Below, piece after piece: positions 27,180 through 41,414 of a DNA stretch of 64,000 bases. This stretch comes from Phoronis australis (Eukaryota > Animalia > Phoronida): positions 230,170 through 294,169 of the forward strand of contig NMRA01000490.1 of assembly GCA_002633005.1 (NCBI GenBank). Direction: 5' to 3'. The notes under the pieces were generated by a model. It saw nothing but the letters and a program-made list of their open reading frames with translations, was not told the DNA's origin and did no database searches. The first letter of the stretch is position 1. Each line of letters opens with the position of its first letter. The translations under genes and the position numbers were made by a program.

Positions 27180-27993
27180 AGCGGCACTCACTCTGCAGAA
27201 GAACCACTGACGTCGCCGAGTCGTTTCTCACCTTCCTCACAGGTTAACGCGACACCTCTCGGCGAGGTGAGATCGACCGTATACGAGGTGATGTGGATAT
27301 AGACCGATTAAGACGGTAAAAAAGACTAATTAAATCGGGTGGCATTCTCCTTTAAGCACGAGCCTAATTTGGACAATGTTGTGTGATAGTTTTGTCGGAA
27401 AATTTTCATAATTAGGTCGACTTGCCTGCATGTTCACCTCTTTCCCCGAATCTGGAATTTAAAATGCACGTGACCATCGGTCTACATCTGCTGTATTACT
27501 ATTAACTGTAAGGAACGAGGCCCTTTATTTCATACATCAATATATTTTTCATGCAAATACCGTTTCATGTTCCGATTTTGGAAACACTGCGTGTTCTTTG
27601 TATAACACTGTTGTTATGTAGGGTTGTCCGATACGTCGAGACATTTTAGGGCCCACTGACAACTGTAGATGCATTGGCGAAGATTAGAAATTGATTTCGG
27701 GAAAGCATATATTTTTGGTGCACGAAGAATACCACTGTCGTGTTTTTTTAAAATAAATTTTACTGTAAGGGATATTGCCATTCAAGGGATTAATGGTCAT
27801 CCTGCTCGCATATTCTGATATACTCACTTGTGTTATGACATATTGTGTGGCCACAAACTAAATTCATTCTCAACGAGCGATTTCTTGACTAGGGAAGAAC
27901 TGCTATTCAATTATTGCTTGAGACTAGGGGTTTGTGTCATGTATGGATACTAGTTTTGCCATCAAATAAGTTTGTATGCTTAATATCGCTTGA

Positions 27994-28148
27994 CAGTGGT
28001 GGATTTAAGGGAGAGGGGGCGGCAAGGGGGCCATGCCCCCCTAAAATTCTTTCAGATTCCATTTGGCAGTTCGGTGGTGCGAATGTTTGCCGGGCAAAGT
28101 CCTGGCTAATACTCTGCCCCCCAACTCAAAATTTTGGATATGCCTCTG
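27994..28148. mobile_element. hAT-type MITE (CAGTGG...CCTCTG ends, internal G/C runs)
   Basis: TIR cagtggtggattta / tggatatgcctctg; same architecture as 47844-48080; TSD not recognisable. Confidence 0.55.
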
Positions 28149-30897
28149 CCGTTACACTATTAATGACATTAGTATTGTACGTATAACAACAAAACTTCTG
28201 ATTCGAATTTGAAGGAAAATATCTTGATTTAGGAACTGTTCACCTTATCTGCGCAGGTGCGGCCTTCAGTCATACGGCAAGTGATATGACATTCAAACTA
28301 GAGAAGACTTATACTACGACTGAAGGTCGTATATGCTCAGTTAATGATCACCTCCGAAGGAAAATTTAAGCCTTTTCTGGTCTTGCATCTTGGGTTATTT
28401 TAGATAGAAGCACGGTCGAAACTAGGGTGTTGCAAAGGTGCAAACCCACAACTTTTGAAGAAAATGTTGACAGGCTCCACCGCCAAAAAGGCATCCTGAC
28501 AGCGTTTATTATGTGTAGTCGAGTCCAGGGGTCAAGTCCTGGTCGAGCCTGCCGAGCCCACTAAACTTGCCTGGCTTACTGGGCAATCTGAGTTTTCCTA
28601 AGTGCGAAAAATGTGTTGGATGTATGCTGTTTCATAAGTATTACGTAATAACTACTATAATGATAATTGGGTTTATCCCCATGAAACCAAATGAACAATG
28701 TCGCTATCAAGACCACAATTATGACACTGTCTTTGTGCAAATCGTGTTAGTTCTTTTATTGTGTTCTTTTTCAGAACACTTCAATTACAGTTTTGTAAGA
28801 GACATGTTAAAAAGGAATAGCTATACCTGCAGACTTGACACTGGGACGCTAACGCGATTTTTCGAAAGTTAGCTCCAGGGTCTGAATGCGGCCTATTTTT
28901 CCTTTTCTAGTACTTCGGGTTTATATTCAAGCTCCGTGGTCACCGATATATAGCAGCGAGCCCCACATAGAATAAGGACTTTAATGTGTAGATATGATGC
29001 TGTTAGTTATTACATACCGTAAGAATATTTTGATTTTGTCGTACAGTCGGAGAATTTTCAAAATATTGACCCATGGACTCTATTTTGGGGGAGGAGTCTG
29101 TTTGTGGAAACCCCGTAATAAATTGATGAACAGAATAAGTTAATGAAATAAAAGAACTCAACGAATAAAATAAATTAAATTAAAAATGTTATTAGTCGGC
29201 CACTTGTACGTCGAGTGTTTGGATGCATGGTTTAAACTTTTTCTTGAATTGCCGTTGAATTGGTACAGCAGGACACGTGAGATTGCTTGAGACCGTGTAA
29301 TGGCTGGAATGAGCTGAAAGGTGGCCACATAGGTCACTCGTGGTCTCAGCAATTAACTGCAGTTTCTCTTGGAGGAATAATTCATTTTGGGCAGCTTAAA
29401 GTCTCCAAAGTGTCATTGCGGCTTGAGCAGCCATCTATCTTAGCATCTAAACGAATTAAAACCTTTTAACTAATTATTCCGCTGAAAAGCTGCGTTTGTT
29501 CATCGTCTACTGCTAAAAGGTTATTGGAAAATCTCAGTTTAGACCGAAGAGCGACCAGTCGTTATCGTTGACTTTACCACGCGCCTGGAGTAGAGAACAG
29601 TCTTATGCTGATTTGCATCGTTGTATAGCAGAAATTTTATCACCAATTTCTGACTCATCTTCGTGGCGACGTTATGAAGTTTGCCAAGCAGAAAATAGAG
29701 GTAATAACTCACATTGAACGTGATTTGCGTATAGGTGCAATCTCGTTTACATGTTTTAAACGCGCTGTAAACCACGATCCGGAGTCGGATTCATGAAAAG
29801 TGACTTAAAGGCTTCAATCAGAAATTTGGTCTGACGCTCTACACTATTATTTCTGAAAAATAATAAAATCTCACTTGAGCAAAAAGTTAAGTCTCCCAAA
29901 ATATAGAAATGTCTGCTAATTACTGAGGTAATTTCTATAAATTATTTCTGGATTGTGATGCACTCATAATTAATTGGCTAAACCTTTATTGAGTCATTGT
30001 GAACAGGGAACGTAAGACCAAATTTCAATCTTAAAGATGTGATCGCATGTTCCTAACTTTGCTAATGTATAGGAGGAACTAAACGACTATGTTATTTGAA
30101 CATCAAAGTGCAGTTGTACTCATTGACAACTTGTAAATGTGAAAGCAAAAAAATCTGTAAATAGGTGACCTTTGCACTGATGATGTATCTTGGGGACTCA
30201 CATAGCCCGCATCATGCAGTGTTATTCCCCAACACTACGCAACGATACTTATCGGATACGGTTGAAAGATTTACGGCGGATTATTTTCGACACAAAACTC
30301 ATGCTTAAAAACATTTGGCAATTTTCAGGGTATTTCATATTCACATCGTCACTATACGTTGTGTTTCAAATTTTGTTGATCAAGCAATCACAGAGATAAG
30401 GAACTAGCGTGCAAGTTCCACATGAAGCCTGTAAGCCACTTTCACGAAACTGACCTCAGGCCTTCACATGCCTATCTGCTCTTCCTGCGCAACACAGTCC
30501 TTAGATTGTTTGAACTGGAAATGGTATAAAAGGCCTGAAATGCCCTGTTAGCCTTATTGTACTAACCCGCCGTGAAAAGTTACTTAATGCGCATAGACCT
30601 GTCTGTTCTTTTAAGGTTATGCGGCATCTTTTAAGGCCATGCCTATGTATTTTGCCAAAACTATAATTAACTATGCAAAATCTTTATATTCTGAATGTAA
30701 AAAGCCAGTAGAATCTGGCTTATGACTGTAACCTTCCGTTAATTGGGTCACGTCACCATGTATTTTTAGTAGAATTTTGCACATTCATAATGAAACAACG
30801 GTATCAACAACATGACCAAATTTCTTATGACATAAATTCCAACATGAAATCTCAAAAACACTCTTTAAGTTTTGTGGATTACCAATTTCTGAGTTAT

Positions 30898-31054
30898 GAT
30901 GTTCCAAAGGGTCCAACACAACCTTAAAGGATCTGATGTTCCGAAGGTCTTACACAACCTTAAAGGATTTCATGTTCCAAAGGGTCCTCAACCTTAAAGG
31001 ATGTGATTATCTGAACCTTTAAGGATGTTCCGAAGGGTCCTACACAGCCTTAAA
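30898..31054. repeat. Minisatellite, ~35-37 bp unit (GATGTTCCRAAGGGTCCWACACAACCTTAAAGGAT), about 4-5 degenerate copies
   Basis: Direct repeats of gatgttcc(a/g)aagg...accttaaagg. Confidence 0.8.
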
Positions 31055-31118
31055 GCCTAGAAATCATTTTTCACCTGAGTAAGGAAGAAGATTCGACCGA
31101 TTTTACAACGCTAGATGG

Positions 31119-31835
31119 TAATAATAATAAACTTTATTTATAGAGGATAAAATACAATAGATTTTAAAAACATGCTTTAGCCAAAGGCTAATATACATCA
31201 TGGTCCTCTCCCAGCAATAAATTAAATTAAATTAAATTAATTAAGATGGTTTAAATTAAGTTTCATAAAAATTAAATGAATATTTTACAATTAAATTTAC
31301 AAATTGGGTTAAAAATAAATTAAAACTTTTATATGGTATATACAATGAAATGACTGAGAACGAAGGGAGGGACAGCTATGATGACCACATTCACGAGTAA
31401 CTGTGATGAGTTAGTGTGTGACGTCATCACAACCATCAGCCTCCTTTAGACTATTTGGAAAGTCGTTCCACTGATGAATGGCTTGAACATAAACAGCATT
31501 TAGAGTATAACGAAGTTCTGTGTTTAGGCACAACAAAATTGTTTGAGGAAGAAAATCTTGTCCTGATTTGGTGGCTGTTTTGATCGAGTAATAAGTTACG
31601 AGATAAATAAGTTGGCACATTGTTGTGGAAACACTTATGCATCATACACAAACGCCTATATATAAAATATTTGTCAATAGGGAGCCATCCCAGTCTGTTA
31701 AACATATGAGTTGATGGAGTGTCAAAAGGCACGCAGAGAATAAGTCTGGCCGGCTGCTTCCGATAGGAAACCAATTTTGAATTGCATCCTGACCACACAG
31801 TACTACAATAAATGAAGAGAGGCAAAAGGCCCAAA
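31119..31835 (-). mobile_element. 5'-truncated CR1/L2-group LINE (end of ORF2 plus 3' UTR)
   Basis: ORF 31451-31918 encodes YCSTVWSGC..ARLILCVPFDTPSTHMFNRLGWLPI..MMHKCFHNNVPTYL..RTR, typical of post-RT C-termini; the WNDFP motif lies in a shifted frame; AATAAA plus (TTA)n tail at ~31119-31137. Confidence 0.8.
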
Positions 31836-34800
31836 TCGAAAGTTGTTTTTTTTTGCACAGGTTGTTTGAGACACGGGTTATAATGCATTTTGAAGCAATA
31901 CAGCCGACCAGTTTGCACGTGCCTCTGACGTATTCACATGCTTCCCAACAACTGCCTCAATGTGGCATTGTGGGTAACACAACAGTTGGTCACGCGATAT
32001 TTGTGTGGCCATCAAAACAATGTTTGTTGAAGTATAGAGTTTTATGTCGTGACAAATAATCGTTATCAAACGATGAAGAAGCACAATATAGGCAGAAAAT
32101 AAGCTGATCGAAGTGTCTTAAAAGGACCAAAACAAAGGATTAATGAATCAAAATTGCCTCTTCGTTAGTATCTATTGTAGAGCTTGGCCTACGTCTGCTG
32201 TTGCACTGTAGGGAAATATCGTTATCCAAAGTAGGCTTATCACAGCAACGAATTAGGAAATAGCCTTTATTTTACATCATACCTTTCAAACTAACATTCG
32301 ATTTAGAGTTTTCCGTGACAATGATTGCTAATGAAATATTATTAAAATGTGTAAATAGCGCTTAAAGGTCAACGTTGTCAGTATCATCCGAGATTAAGCG
32401 GGTGCCAGGCTACCTGAAGAAGTTTCACTCACTTTACTGTTTAATCTAACCTAATCCGATTAGTGTTGAGGAAGGCCCATCGCAGTTATTGTACGATGCT
32501 CTGTTCCTCACACCCATGATTGCGACTCATAAAATGACAAGCTGCAGGGCTGGTCTCAGTCAACTGACCGACCTGTTAATTCTTTTGAAGACCTGGAATT
32601 ACAACTAATGTGATAATTTGAGATAAATTTCACAGCGGTAATTGGTCACAATCAAAAGTTGTTTCTTAGTGATGGAACGCGCGGCTTTATGCCGATTTGC
32701 CACCAGATGTCGCAAACCCGGCTCGCCAGGTTTACGTTAATCTTTTCTCCGTTTCGTTTGAAAAGATTTCTACCAGTATCACGCGCTTTCGAAGAATGAT
32801 GACTTAAATGGGTATCTAAACTTAAGCGTTTTATATTCAAGGAAATTGAAATCGATTGACGCAAAGTGCACATGAACAACGTCTATATCTTCCTGAAAAT
32901 AATCCCCTCATTATTAACCGACACGTATTTATCTGGAATTTGGATATCTGCCAATGATGTTAACGTCTACGTAATGAAAATACGACATTACGGAAATTCT
33001 TTTAAAATCTAGAGGTCATTATAAAATTTTCACTTGCTGTGAGATAAATGAATTCCATGACAGACATTTTGCTAGAACTGGAACATACCGTTATTCTATG
33101 ACAGCAGAGTTTAATTAAATATCGTGACTTAATTACATTTGTCTTTCCGCTCTGGTTGTCTTTGTCGATAATGAATATCTACTCAACGTAATTTATTACT
33201 TCTCTGGGCATGAAGCTAGTGTGTGGTTCAGCTCTTTAAGAACATGATTTTTGTAGTAGTCGACATCATTCCGGGTTTTTCTAAGCTGCGGCAGCGACTT
33301 TCACGCCCCCTAGCGACTGAGTCGCCGAGTGAGTTTGTCCTCAATGCCAAAGCTTTACCAACCACGGGTTGCTTTCGTGGTACAGTGGTTCAACCTGATT
33401 ACCTCTTGCTAATTTCCGAGCTGTAAACTAATATGCCGTCTGATCTATCTTCTTATGCTCCGTTCCCACATCATACGACAGATAGGATGCCGGTGTGAAC
33501 GCGGCTCGTTTCAAGCGACTGATGTTCCACGTCACGTGACTCCTCGTCACTGTTTTCCTACTAGCCTGCTGCAACATTCAAATGAACATTACTCAGTTGC
33601 TGTGAAATCGTTGTACTAAACACGCAACCAAAACTTGTTCGTGTACTCGAGCGCTCTCTCTCGGTAAATTTATTGTAATAAGCTGGCCATGCTTATTACC
33701 CGGATAGAGCTCATACATGTTACATGGTGCCCGTACTGACCAGAGTGTTGTGTAATTAAATGTATGTAACCGATTTTGTGACCGGTAAACGCGTTTTTGG
33801 TATTATTATTGGATAGGATAGACTTCTAAAGAGCTTCGACCAGAGCTATAAAACGAAAAGAAAAAACACGTCATTCGAATTTTATTACAAATTATCAATT
33901 TTCATCGTTGTCTACCAACCATTCGCTGAAATGAAGGCCAGTGACATACGCCTTTAAGATTTGCTGCCATTTATCAAGTGAGCTTTACACCAGCAGAGTG
34001 TTGATGGACTGCAACTGCCAGTTTTATCGCCGATAATGAGTTTGGAGGGCTTTGTGAATGTTGATTGTTCTCGAGAACACGACTATTAATTAACTAATAC
34101 TAAACTGAACGCGTTTATTACCATGATACTGTCCATATCTGAAACAGGGAATGCAGCTTTGGCTAGAACGTAAGTTTTAGTTAAAACGTTTTAAAACAGT
34201 TATATGTGAAAGCAAAGCGTTTTAACTGGAACTTTTGACGCGTCACACTTTGCGCCAGTGCTGTAGTGAGGCGTAGGCGCACGTAGGCGCACATAGGCGC
34301 AGCCAACCACCTTTTAGCATTTGAACGTAGCGCCTACGCACCTTAAGTTACGTTCAGTGCTGTTCACACAGACTTACTGTAGAACAAGTTACTCCTTGAA
34401 CGAGTTGTCGTTAGGTTTGGAAGCTTTTTGGACTCTATGTAACCTAGTGCAATTTACCCACTTGTGACAACTTTCCTGGACCTTATGGAGGCGGAGAAAG
34501 ATGTTCCTGGGTAACTTGCACCACTTCTAATTCCTGTGTGGCCTTAAACCTGGGGCAAGGTTGAAGTAAGCTGTGGTTACATACAGACGGGTTTCTTTTT
34601 CGCGTCATACTCGCCTAAGATTTCATTTTCACGCTCAGAGCGACAACTTCCGCCTTACCCTGGTTATCAGATTGTACTGTGTGTGTGTGGACGTTCCAAA
34701 AGTGGGGTAAGTTACACTAGTGCAAGTTGTTCTATGGTAGACTGTGTGGGGACGAGATATCACGCAAAGTAACGAGTGGTATCGTTGAAAAAAGCTCTCG

Positions 34801-35139
34801 TGGAATCCTATCACAGTAAAGAATATTACGATACAGGTTTTATGAGGAACTAAATGGCCTAGTTCTATTTCGTCTTCAGCTAACTGGACATGACAAAATG
34901 AGTCTTTAAAACTAAGTAAGGTTCTGTGTTGAAAAGGCATGGGACGCGCAAACTCGTAAATATACGTTTTAAACAGAGTGTGGCGAATTACTTCTTGGGG
35001 ATGCTAACGTGAGAGTTATTCACTTTAAATATTGCAAGAATTTCTAAAAAAATCGTCAGATTCACTATTTTTGAAACATATACGAAATATAAACTCTGTC
35101 GTCCCAATATATACGCTTTTCAAATACTCCGCCTCTAAC

Positions 35140-35730
35140 ACATGCGCGCATGCGCCCAAAGAAGTCAGACTGGGGACTGTTTTCTTTGCACCGAAGGTCA
35201 AAGGTCACATTTTCTACGTTTTACGCTACTTTAACAGCGACTGAACAGGACAGAATGCTAAAGCAAGGTTCTGTGTTAACAGCTTGATGATTGTAGCTGC
35301 CGGAAGTGGCATAACATTTCCCGGGGGAATCGGCAGACCGTTCGACCCCGTAAAACATTTTAGCGATATCAACCTCAACGTGAGACTAGAAAGCAGTTTT
35401 AAGCTAAAATGTATTAGGTGAAACAATTTAGCTAATGCGTTTTAAATTTAGTGCTCGTGTGAATCCAACTTAAGTCGCTGAAAAGTACTCTCGTTGCCAT
35501 CAAAGTTTAACGAATTAGGGATTTACCAAGGATTTACTAATTAAGGATTTTTACAGGATTTACTAAGTCTGCGGTGGCCATGGAAACATTTACTTTATCT
35601 TGGTTTTCTTATGAGATGAACACGCATCGAGATCACAAGTGGAGACGACGTTAACCAGACGACCTAACCACACGACCTGAGACTCGCAGACGATACCATG
35701 AACCGTGAAACACGCGTTGACGTAAAATCG
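35140..35730 (+). promoter_or_regulatory. Compact promoter module upstream of the MAEDKQ exon
   Basis: NRF1-type GCGCATGCGC 35146-35155; perfect DR1 AGGTCAAAGGTCA 35195-35207; ETS CCGGAAGT near 35300; RFX X-box-like GTGGCCATGGAAAC 35574-35587; CRE-like TGACGTAA near 35718. Confidence 0.55.
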
Positions 35731-35845
35731 ATGATCTGCTGACAATATTTTGTAGTTGTTAAACATCAGTCTTGGAGACTCCGGGAAGACTTTAAAATTA
35801 ATGCATTAACGTATTGTTACTGTTCTTTAATCACGTCTGACAGCA

Positions 35846-35863
35846 ATGGCGGAAGATAAACAG
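35846..35863 (+). CDS. Candidate alternative first coding exon (MAEDKQ, phase 0)
   Basis: Good Kozak context gcaATGG; donor CAG|gtaaaa followed by a T-rich intron; promoter module upstream. Confidence 0.55.
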
Positions 35864-38800
35864 GTAAAACTCGTTGTTTTTTGTCGGATTTTATTTTTTT
35901 TCATTCAACCATCCTTCTATTTTAACGATTTATACGAGTCTGGGGCAACTGTAGTAAATTTAGTTCCATGTGATGCTCTTGGTATTTTTAGGAGCATTTC
36001 TGTCAAGGGATTTGTTTTTCATGTTGGGAAGGGCACAAACTTAGCATTATTTTAGTTCATTCTATCGTTGTATCATTCGTTCTCCCGACTAAGTAGTTGT
36101 TTCCAACAAGTAGCGCGATGACGACCTTTTGTTCTGGCGAATACACCCGTCTCATTGCTACTTTGGTTATGCGTTTGGCTCAGGAGCCCCAAGTTGGGTA
36201 ACAACTTTCGAATGACTCTATTGCAAATGTGTTTGTGTCTGTCGCGGGTTTTTTGTCAAACTCACTTTGAGTAAACTATTTTTCATTGTCAGAATTTTGG
36301 TTGTATGTTCTAGCTAAGAGCAAGAGCGCCAGCGAAACAGTCACTTAGTGAACGCGACCTCTAGAGTTGATTACCTTAACACTCTCGGGCACTAACAGCA
36401 TCCATCTTGAGAAGATAATGACCACGAGGGGGAGAAGTTATCGGGCTGTTCCAAACCCTGGACAACTTTTACTCTCCTTCGTCTCTGTTCAAGTCATTCG
36501 GTCTTACAAAAAAAACTTCCGTTTGGTTCAACTCCAGACATCAGTGAGCGGTTTCCAACGTGAGGCTAAATCCAGATACCAATCTAGTCCATTGTTTAGG
36601 ACTTTTGTGCTGCATTAGGGCTCGCAGGCCAATTGTACACCGTGCATCAAAGATACTAAAACTTAACAAAAACCTAGGGAATCAGTTGACTATTTTTGTT
36701 GTATTTTTTCTGATATGAAATTATTCTGACCATTCACGAGGAATTCAATTTCAGAAGCCAAACAGTTTGAAAACTCACCACAGCAGTCCATGGTATATCA
36801 ATTTATTTTAGATACTGTTTTATTGCCGTGAATCATCGCTAATGCGTTAATTGCTTTGCTTAACACAATATTCCAACTACACTGACCCATCACTTCAGTG
36901 GTCGCCATAGGTTACGTTAGTAAGATCTCAAGCATACTCACGAAACACTCGCCTTTCACTCGCGTGATTTTGCCTGGTCTTGCGTGATCTAGCTTTTCTT
37001 GCGAGAAACGTGGTCTACAAAACGCTAGCCAGCTTGTCATAGCTAATCAGCCCAGTTCGTGATTTTTCATTTTTATACTGTTAGTAGGCATTCAATCTCT
37101 AACTTCGGACTCCGTCTGGCGATCGTAACTTCTTTGTAGAATTACGATCACGACTAGCGTTTTGCGGTAGATATTTTATGTCACGTGTTTGGAAACCTCA
37201 ACTTCAAATTGAAAATGGTGACTTGAAAGTTCGTTACACGAGTTCACGTAGAGAGGACAAATAAAAATGGTATACGCTGGGAGGCAAAATTGACTCTTAA
37301 TTCTTACATGAAGGTGTACGTCCGTTTGTTATCGACGTGGGATGTCGAGGCAATGGATTTGGTCTTGTAAACTGAGACGAAATGTCTCGCTATTCATTAG
37401 CGTTCTTCAAAACTGAAATTCGACTTTATGCCCTTTCAAATGTAAATGTCAGAATGTTATTTGGATTATTCACAACGTAATACTTATCCGTTTTTTCACT
37501 CCTATGTATTCTTTTAATGTTGAGATTTGCAATTATGTGCAGTCAGCTAGGGGGTGGTATTGAATAAAAATGGTTAACATGCATAGTACGATCATTTCAA
37601 TAACATATTCACGCTTAACTGAGCAGTGTGTATGATGCAGGAACCCTCATATTTACTAAGCATAATGTAAATGTTTTGTCTGTTAGACAATGAATCGTGG
37701 GCGCATTTGGAGAATAATGCAGGAAAGATCGGGATTTGACCATATTAGGCGTTACGACCGTTTCACGGCCAAGTAAATGAAAACTTGCATAATAACGGTC
37801 ATGCAGTAAAATTTCATCCCATATCAAATAAGTTTGAGAACGCTCTTGAGTTAGGAAATAGCCCGCATGTATACACGTTCATACAGTGTATAAGTAAACT
37901 GCGAGAGAGGATAGACATTGTTATACGTTGTCGAACATTTGTTCTCTCTGAGTACATTTAGTTGTTTCATTAAATGGATGCAGTCGATGAAAAAACTAGG
38001 CATGTCCTTTAGCTGTGAATCTACATTGTTTTCTTCGAACCTTTTCTGCAGAGATTTTTGTTGCCAATTCCCAATGAACCAATTCGTTTCAGTCTAGAGG
38101 TCAACAAATATTTTGTTTGACGAGTCAATAGCACGTAGCATGCATCACAAGCTTGTTCACTTACGCGGAATAGATTATTCCGATAATCTTGCACTCGGCC
38201 GTGTCTTGGCTACGCATTCACCACCAAGAGGCTTTGGTTCGCGCGTCCGTGCCGTTTACAAACCTCCAGTTTTAGAGCGGATTACCTATCGCGAAATAAA
38301 TGAGATCAATTTTCTTTAATATCAGAACCCCTGATCGCCATCTGGTGTGCTTTTCGGATTGTTGAATTATTGAAAATTTTAATTATCCAGTGTTTAATTC
38401 CAGACTTGTAAGCTAAATGTTTTATGTCGACGTTCTTTAGTATGTTCAACCGCTTATTCAGGGTGGTTCCCTTCTTGAACGCTAGATGGCGGGGCAGCTT
38501 TCTGTGCAGGCAGGAAAACTCTTGCGTCGCAAGCCAACCGTAGGGTGTGTTATCTTTCTGATATCCAGCCACAGTTATCTCTACTTGTAACCATATACAG
38601 TTTTCTCAAATGAAAAAACATGGCATTATTTTGCAGTACCAGGCGTCAAAAGCAATGCCAAGTGATTATTTCTGCTTTTGATAGCTCGGCTTCAATTCTT
38701 CACCTGCGTCGCTGGTAACCGCGGGTACCAAACTACCTGAGGATTTCAGAATAAGGGACATCCGGTCCCAGAAATCATGCAAATTATTAATATACGCACC

Positions 38801-40193
38801 CGTATTTGACAAAAAAGCACATTATTTATGTGTTATCATGAAAATATTTTGGGCCCATAACTTCCAAATCCGTAGATATACGCCAGAGTACACTCATTTC
38901 TGTACAAATTGAAGCGTGCTTTATTAACCCATGAGAGTTTCGCCTTTTTGAGTTGTGACTTTGTAATCCCACAATGCACTAAATGAGAAGAAATCCCACA
39001 ATGCTCAGAGTGGGAAGACCACATGTACCGTTATCTACGTGTCGACTGATTATCGACTAAACAACGCTATATCAACTGGAAAATAATTATCTATTTTCAT
39101 TCATTTGGCCAGATAAACGAAGGCAAACAGCAGGCACGCACGTGTTAACCGAAATAAAAGAATATCTAGGCAACGGATTAATCAAAAATTTTGTACAGTA
39201 TCAAATTAATTCTTCTGGATTGGACATTTTCTCATCGATTGCGGATAATTTAGAGGCTGTTTCTTGATCGGTTCGCAAAAGATGCCGGGCAAACTTTTGG
39301 TAAGGAAGATTAGTACGCTATTTCTTTAATACCTAATTTAGTGAAACAGTTGTTTTGTCTTTGCGTGTACTAATCGTAAGTTGAGCTGAGGAATCAGCAG
39401 GTCTCGTACGCAGAGTAAAGATGGCCGAACCGCCTGACGCTGTTTCTTGTCGTATTGTCACTGCTTTTGAACGTTTCAACATAAGTGGAGTTAAAGGAGT
39501 TGCTGTCTGTCGTACATTGTTGGAGTAAATACATATTGGATCACGCTTTAGAAAGATGTTGCTATTTTGCTATTAAATAATGTCGATAACCACCTTTTGT
39601 GGTATTTTGTAAAAATGCATGTACAAATATAAGTTAAATATGACTCACTGGAAAGGGTCGTCTGCTACTCTGAAATCGCAATCAGGCGTCTTTCCTTAAA
39701 GCTTTATTTCCTTCCTAGTTTCTGTCTGAATATAAAAAGAAGGCAACTTACCCTATCAAAACGAAGTTTGAATTAGCTTGTCGTGATAACCACAGCAGGA
39801 ATTGAAAGAGAGCATCTACAAAGGGATTGAAGGACCCAACTTTTAGGGACTGTCCAGCCCTTGTTACTCGCATTTGGTGACGTATTATCTGCTTGAGGAT
39901 GAAAATCATTCTCTGTCATCATATGTGAACGCTAGGGACATGTTTTTATGACTATGTAAATGTTAGGTAGTGGATTGGAAAAAAAGTCATTTGACAACGA
40001 TAGGTTTTGTTCCAAAGAAGAACTGATTGGATATTGCACCGATGAGTCTGAAACGTACGTATTGTAGAGGGTGCATGATATGAAGTCGTCATATCTACGA
40101 CCTGGTGTGCCACTTAATCAGAGAAATGTATTCCAATATGCCATTGGGCACTACATTAACAGCAGTACTTCACTGAGCGCATATTTGTCTTCA

Positions 40194-40549
40194 TATTAGA
40201 GACTTTCAAAGGAAACGTACGGATAGGCTCTGACGTCAACAGATTTTTGAGCTATGCACACTTCTCCAGAAATCTTCATGGCTACTAGTCAGATCTCTGG
40301 TGAGGCTTTCTCCTAACTTCGGAGTATCACGAAACCTGCGCTAACTTTTACAGCCATCTATTCTTTGAACATAGCAATACAAATTAACAGTAATATCAGT
40401 ATAGGTACATAAACCACATTCGTACACCATTTACCCGGTGTAGGTGCCCTCAGGTATTGAGTGAGTGTAAAGTTTACTGTGCTCTGATTACGTTAGAGCC
40501 TATCCGTACTTTTTCTGCATTAAAACGGATAAGCTGAAAGTCTATAATA
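40194..40549. mobile_element. MITE with long bipartite TIRs
   Basis: tattagagactttca / tgaaagtctataata, plus inner inverted repeat gtacggataggctctgacgt / acgttagagcctatccgtac. Confidence 0.75.
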
Positions 40550-41414
40550 ACTGCTTGTAAACAGTCAGCAGGTGTTTTTTACATCATTTTATGCATGACA
40601 CGTTCCGGAGTTTTTGGACCACGGATTACATTTGCCAGTTTTGCTTGTTTTGTGAAAAAAAATGCAAAGCACGTAATCGGAATTGATGTCTTCCATAAAA
40701 AGCAAAAACTTGTTGACTTCCTGGTGAAGTATGTAGATGCGGTGATCGATAGACGTTAATGCAAGTCTTTGCAAGAAAGCGGAAGCTCTTCTCCTCTGCT
40801 CGCTGACCTCTACATGCAAATGACTGCGTGCTCTTTAAATTAAGCTGCGTGTATAACTTATTATTTCTGATATAGTTGCGATGTCGTTGACTAGCTAATG
40901 TTTGCGTCGAAGATTAAGACGCGGACCTCTTGACATTTGCCTACTGGTTTCGTTAATGAAATGATGGATGATAGTCTTGAAGATATGCGCAACTTATTCT
41001 CTGCTAATAACTGTTCACGGTTTACACGGTTCTAATTACACGATGAAACATTACAAATATAAACATAGCTACCCGTGCACTTCGTCGCCATCTTTTCGAT
41101 GTCATTGTTACTCTTGTGGCTAATTTGAACTGTCATTGTTGTTAACAGTTGACAGAGTTCCGCTGCCGGCTCTTCTTCCGTAATCCTCGAGAGACGCAAG
41201 CAAAAAAAACGAGTTGATCAATCACGATTGGCAAAAATTTGTTTAAGTATATTTTGTCATCTCCCTATACGTCTGTCGCTGCGTTTTTTGGCTTAATTTC
41301 TAATCATCGGTCTTTCGTATCAAATAGTCCTGAACCAAGCTATGGCATTACAAGAAATATTTTCAAACGAGAAGACAATGCTGGGTCTTTCCCCGATGCA
41401 ACAAAGCAGCCGCC

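Larger units (their letters stand above)
24212..27351. mobile_element. Non-autonomous Kolobok DNA transposon (internally deleted)
   Basis: TTAA at 24208-24211 and 27352-27355; TIRs AGGAGACTGTCAGCCA / AGGAGAATGCCACCCG (12/16 identical, purine-purine start); carries THAP and KolX-like remnants. Confidence 0.8.

Noticed and set aside
27911-27923. TTATTGCTTGAGA, matching the 5' part of miR-137
   Set aside because: The 3' half diverges and there is no complementary arm.
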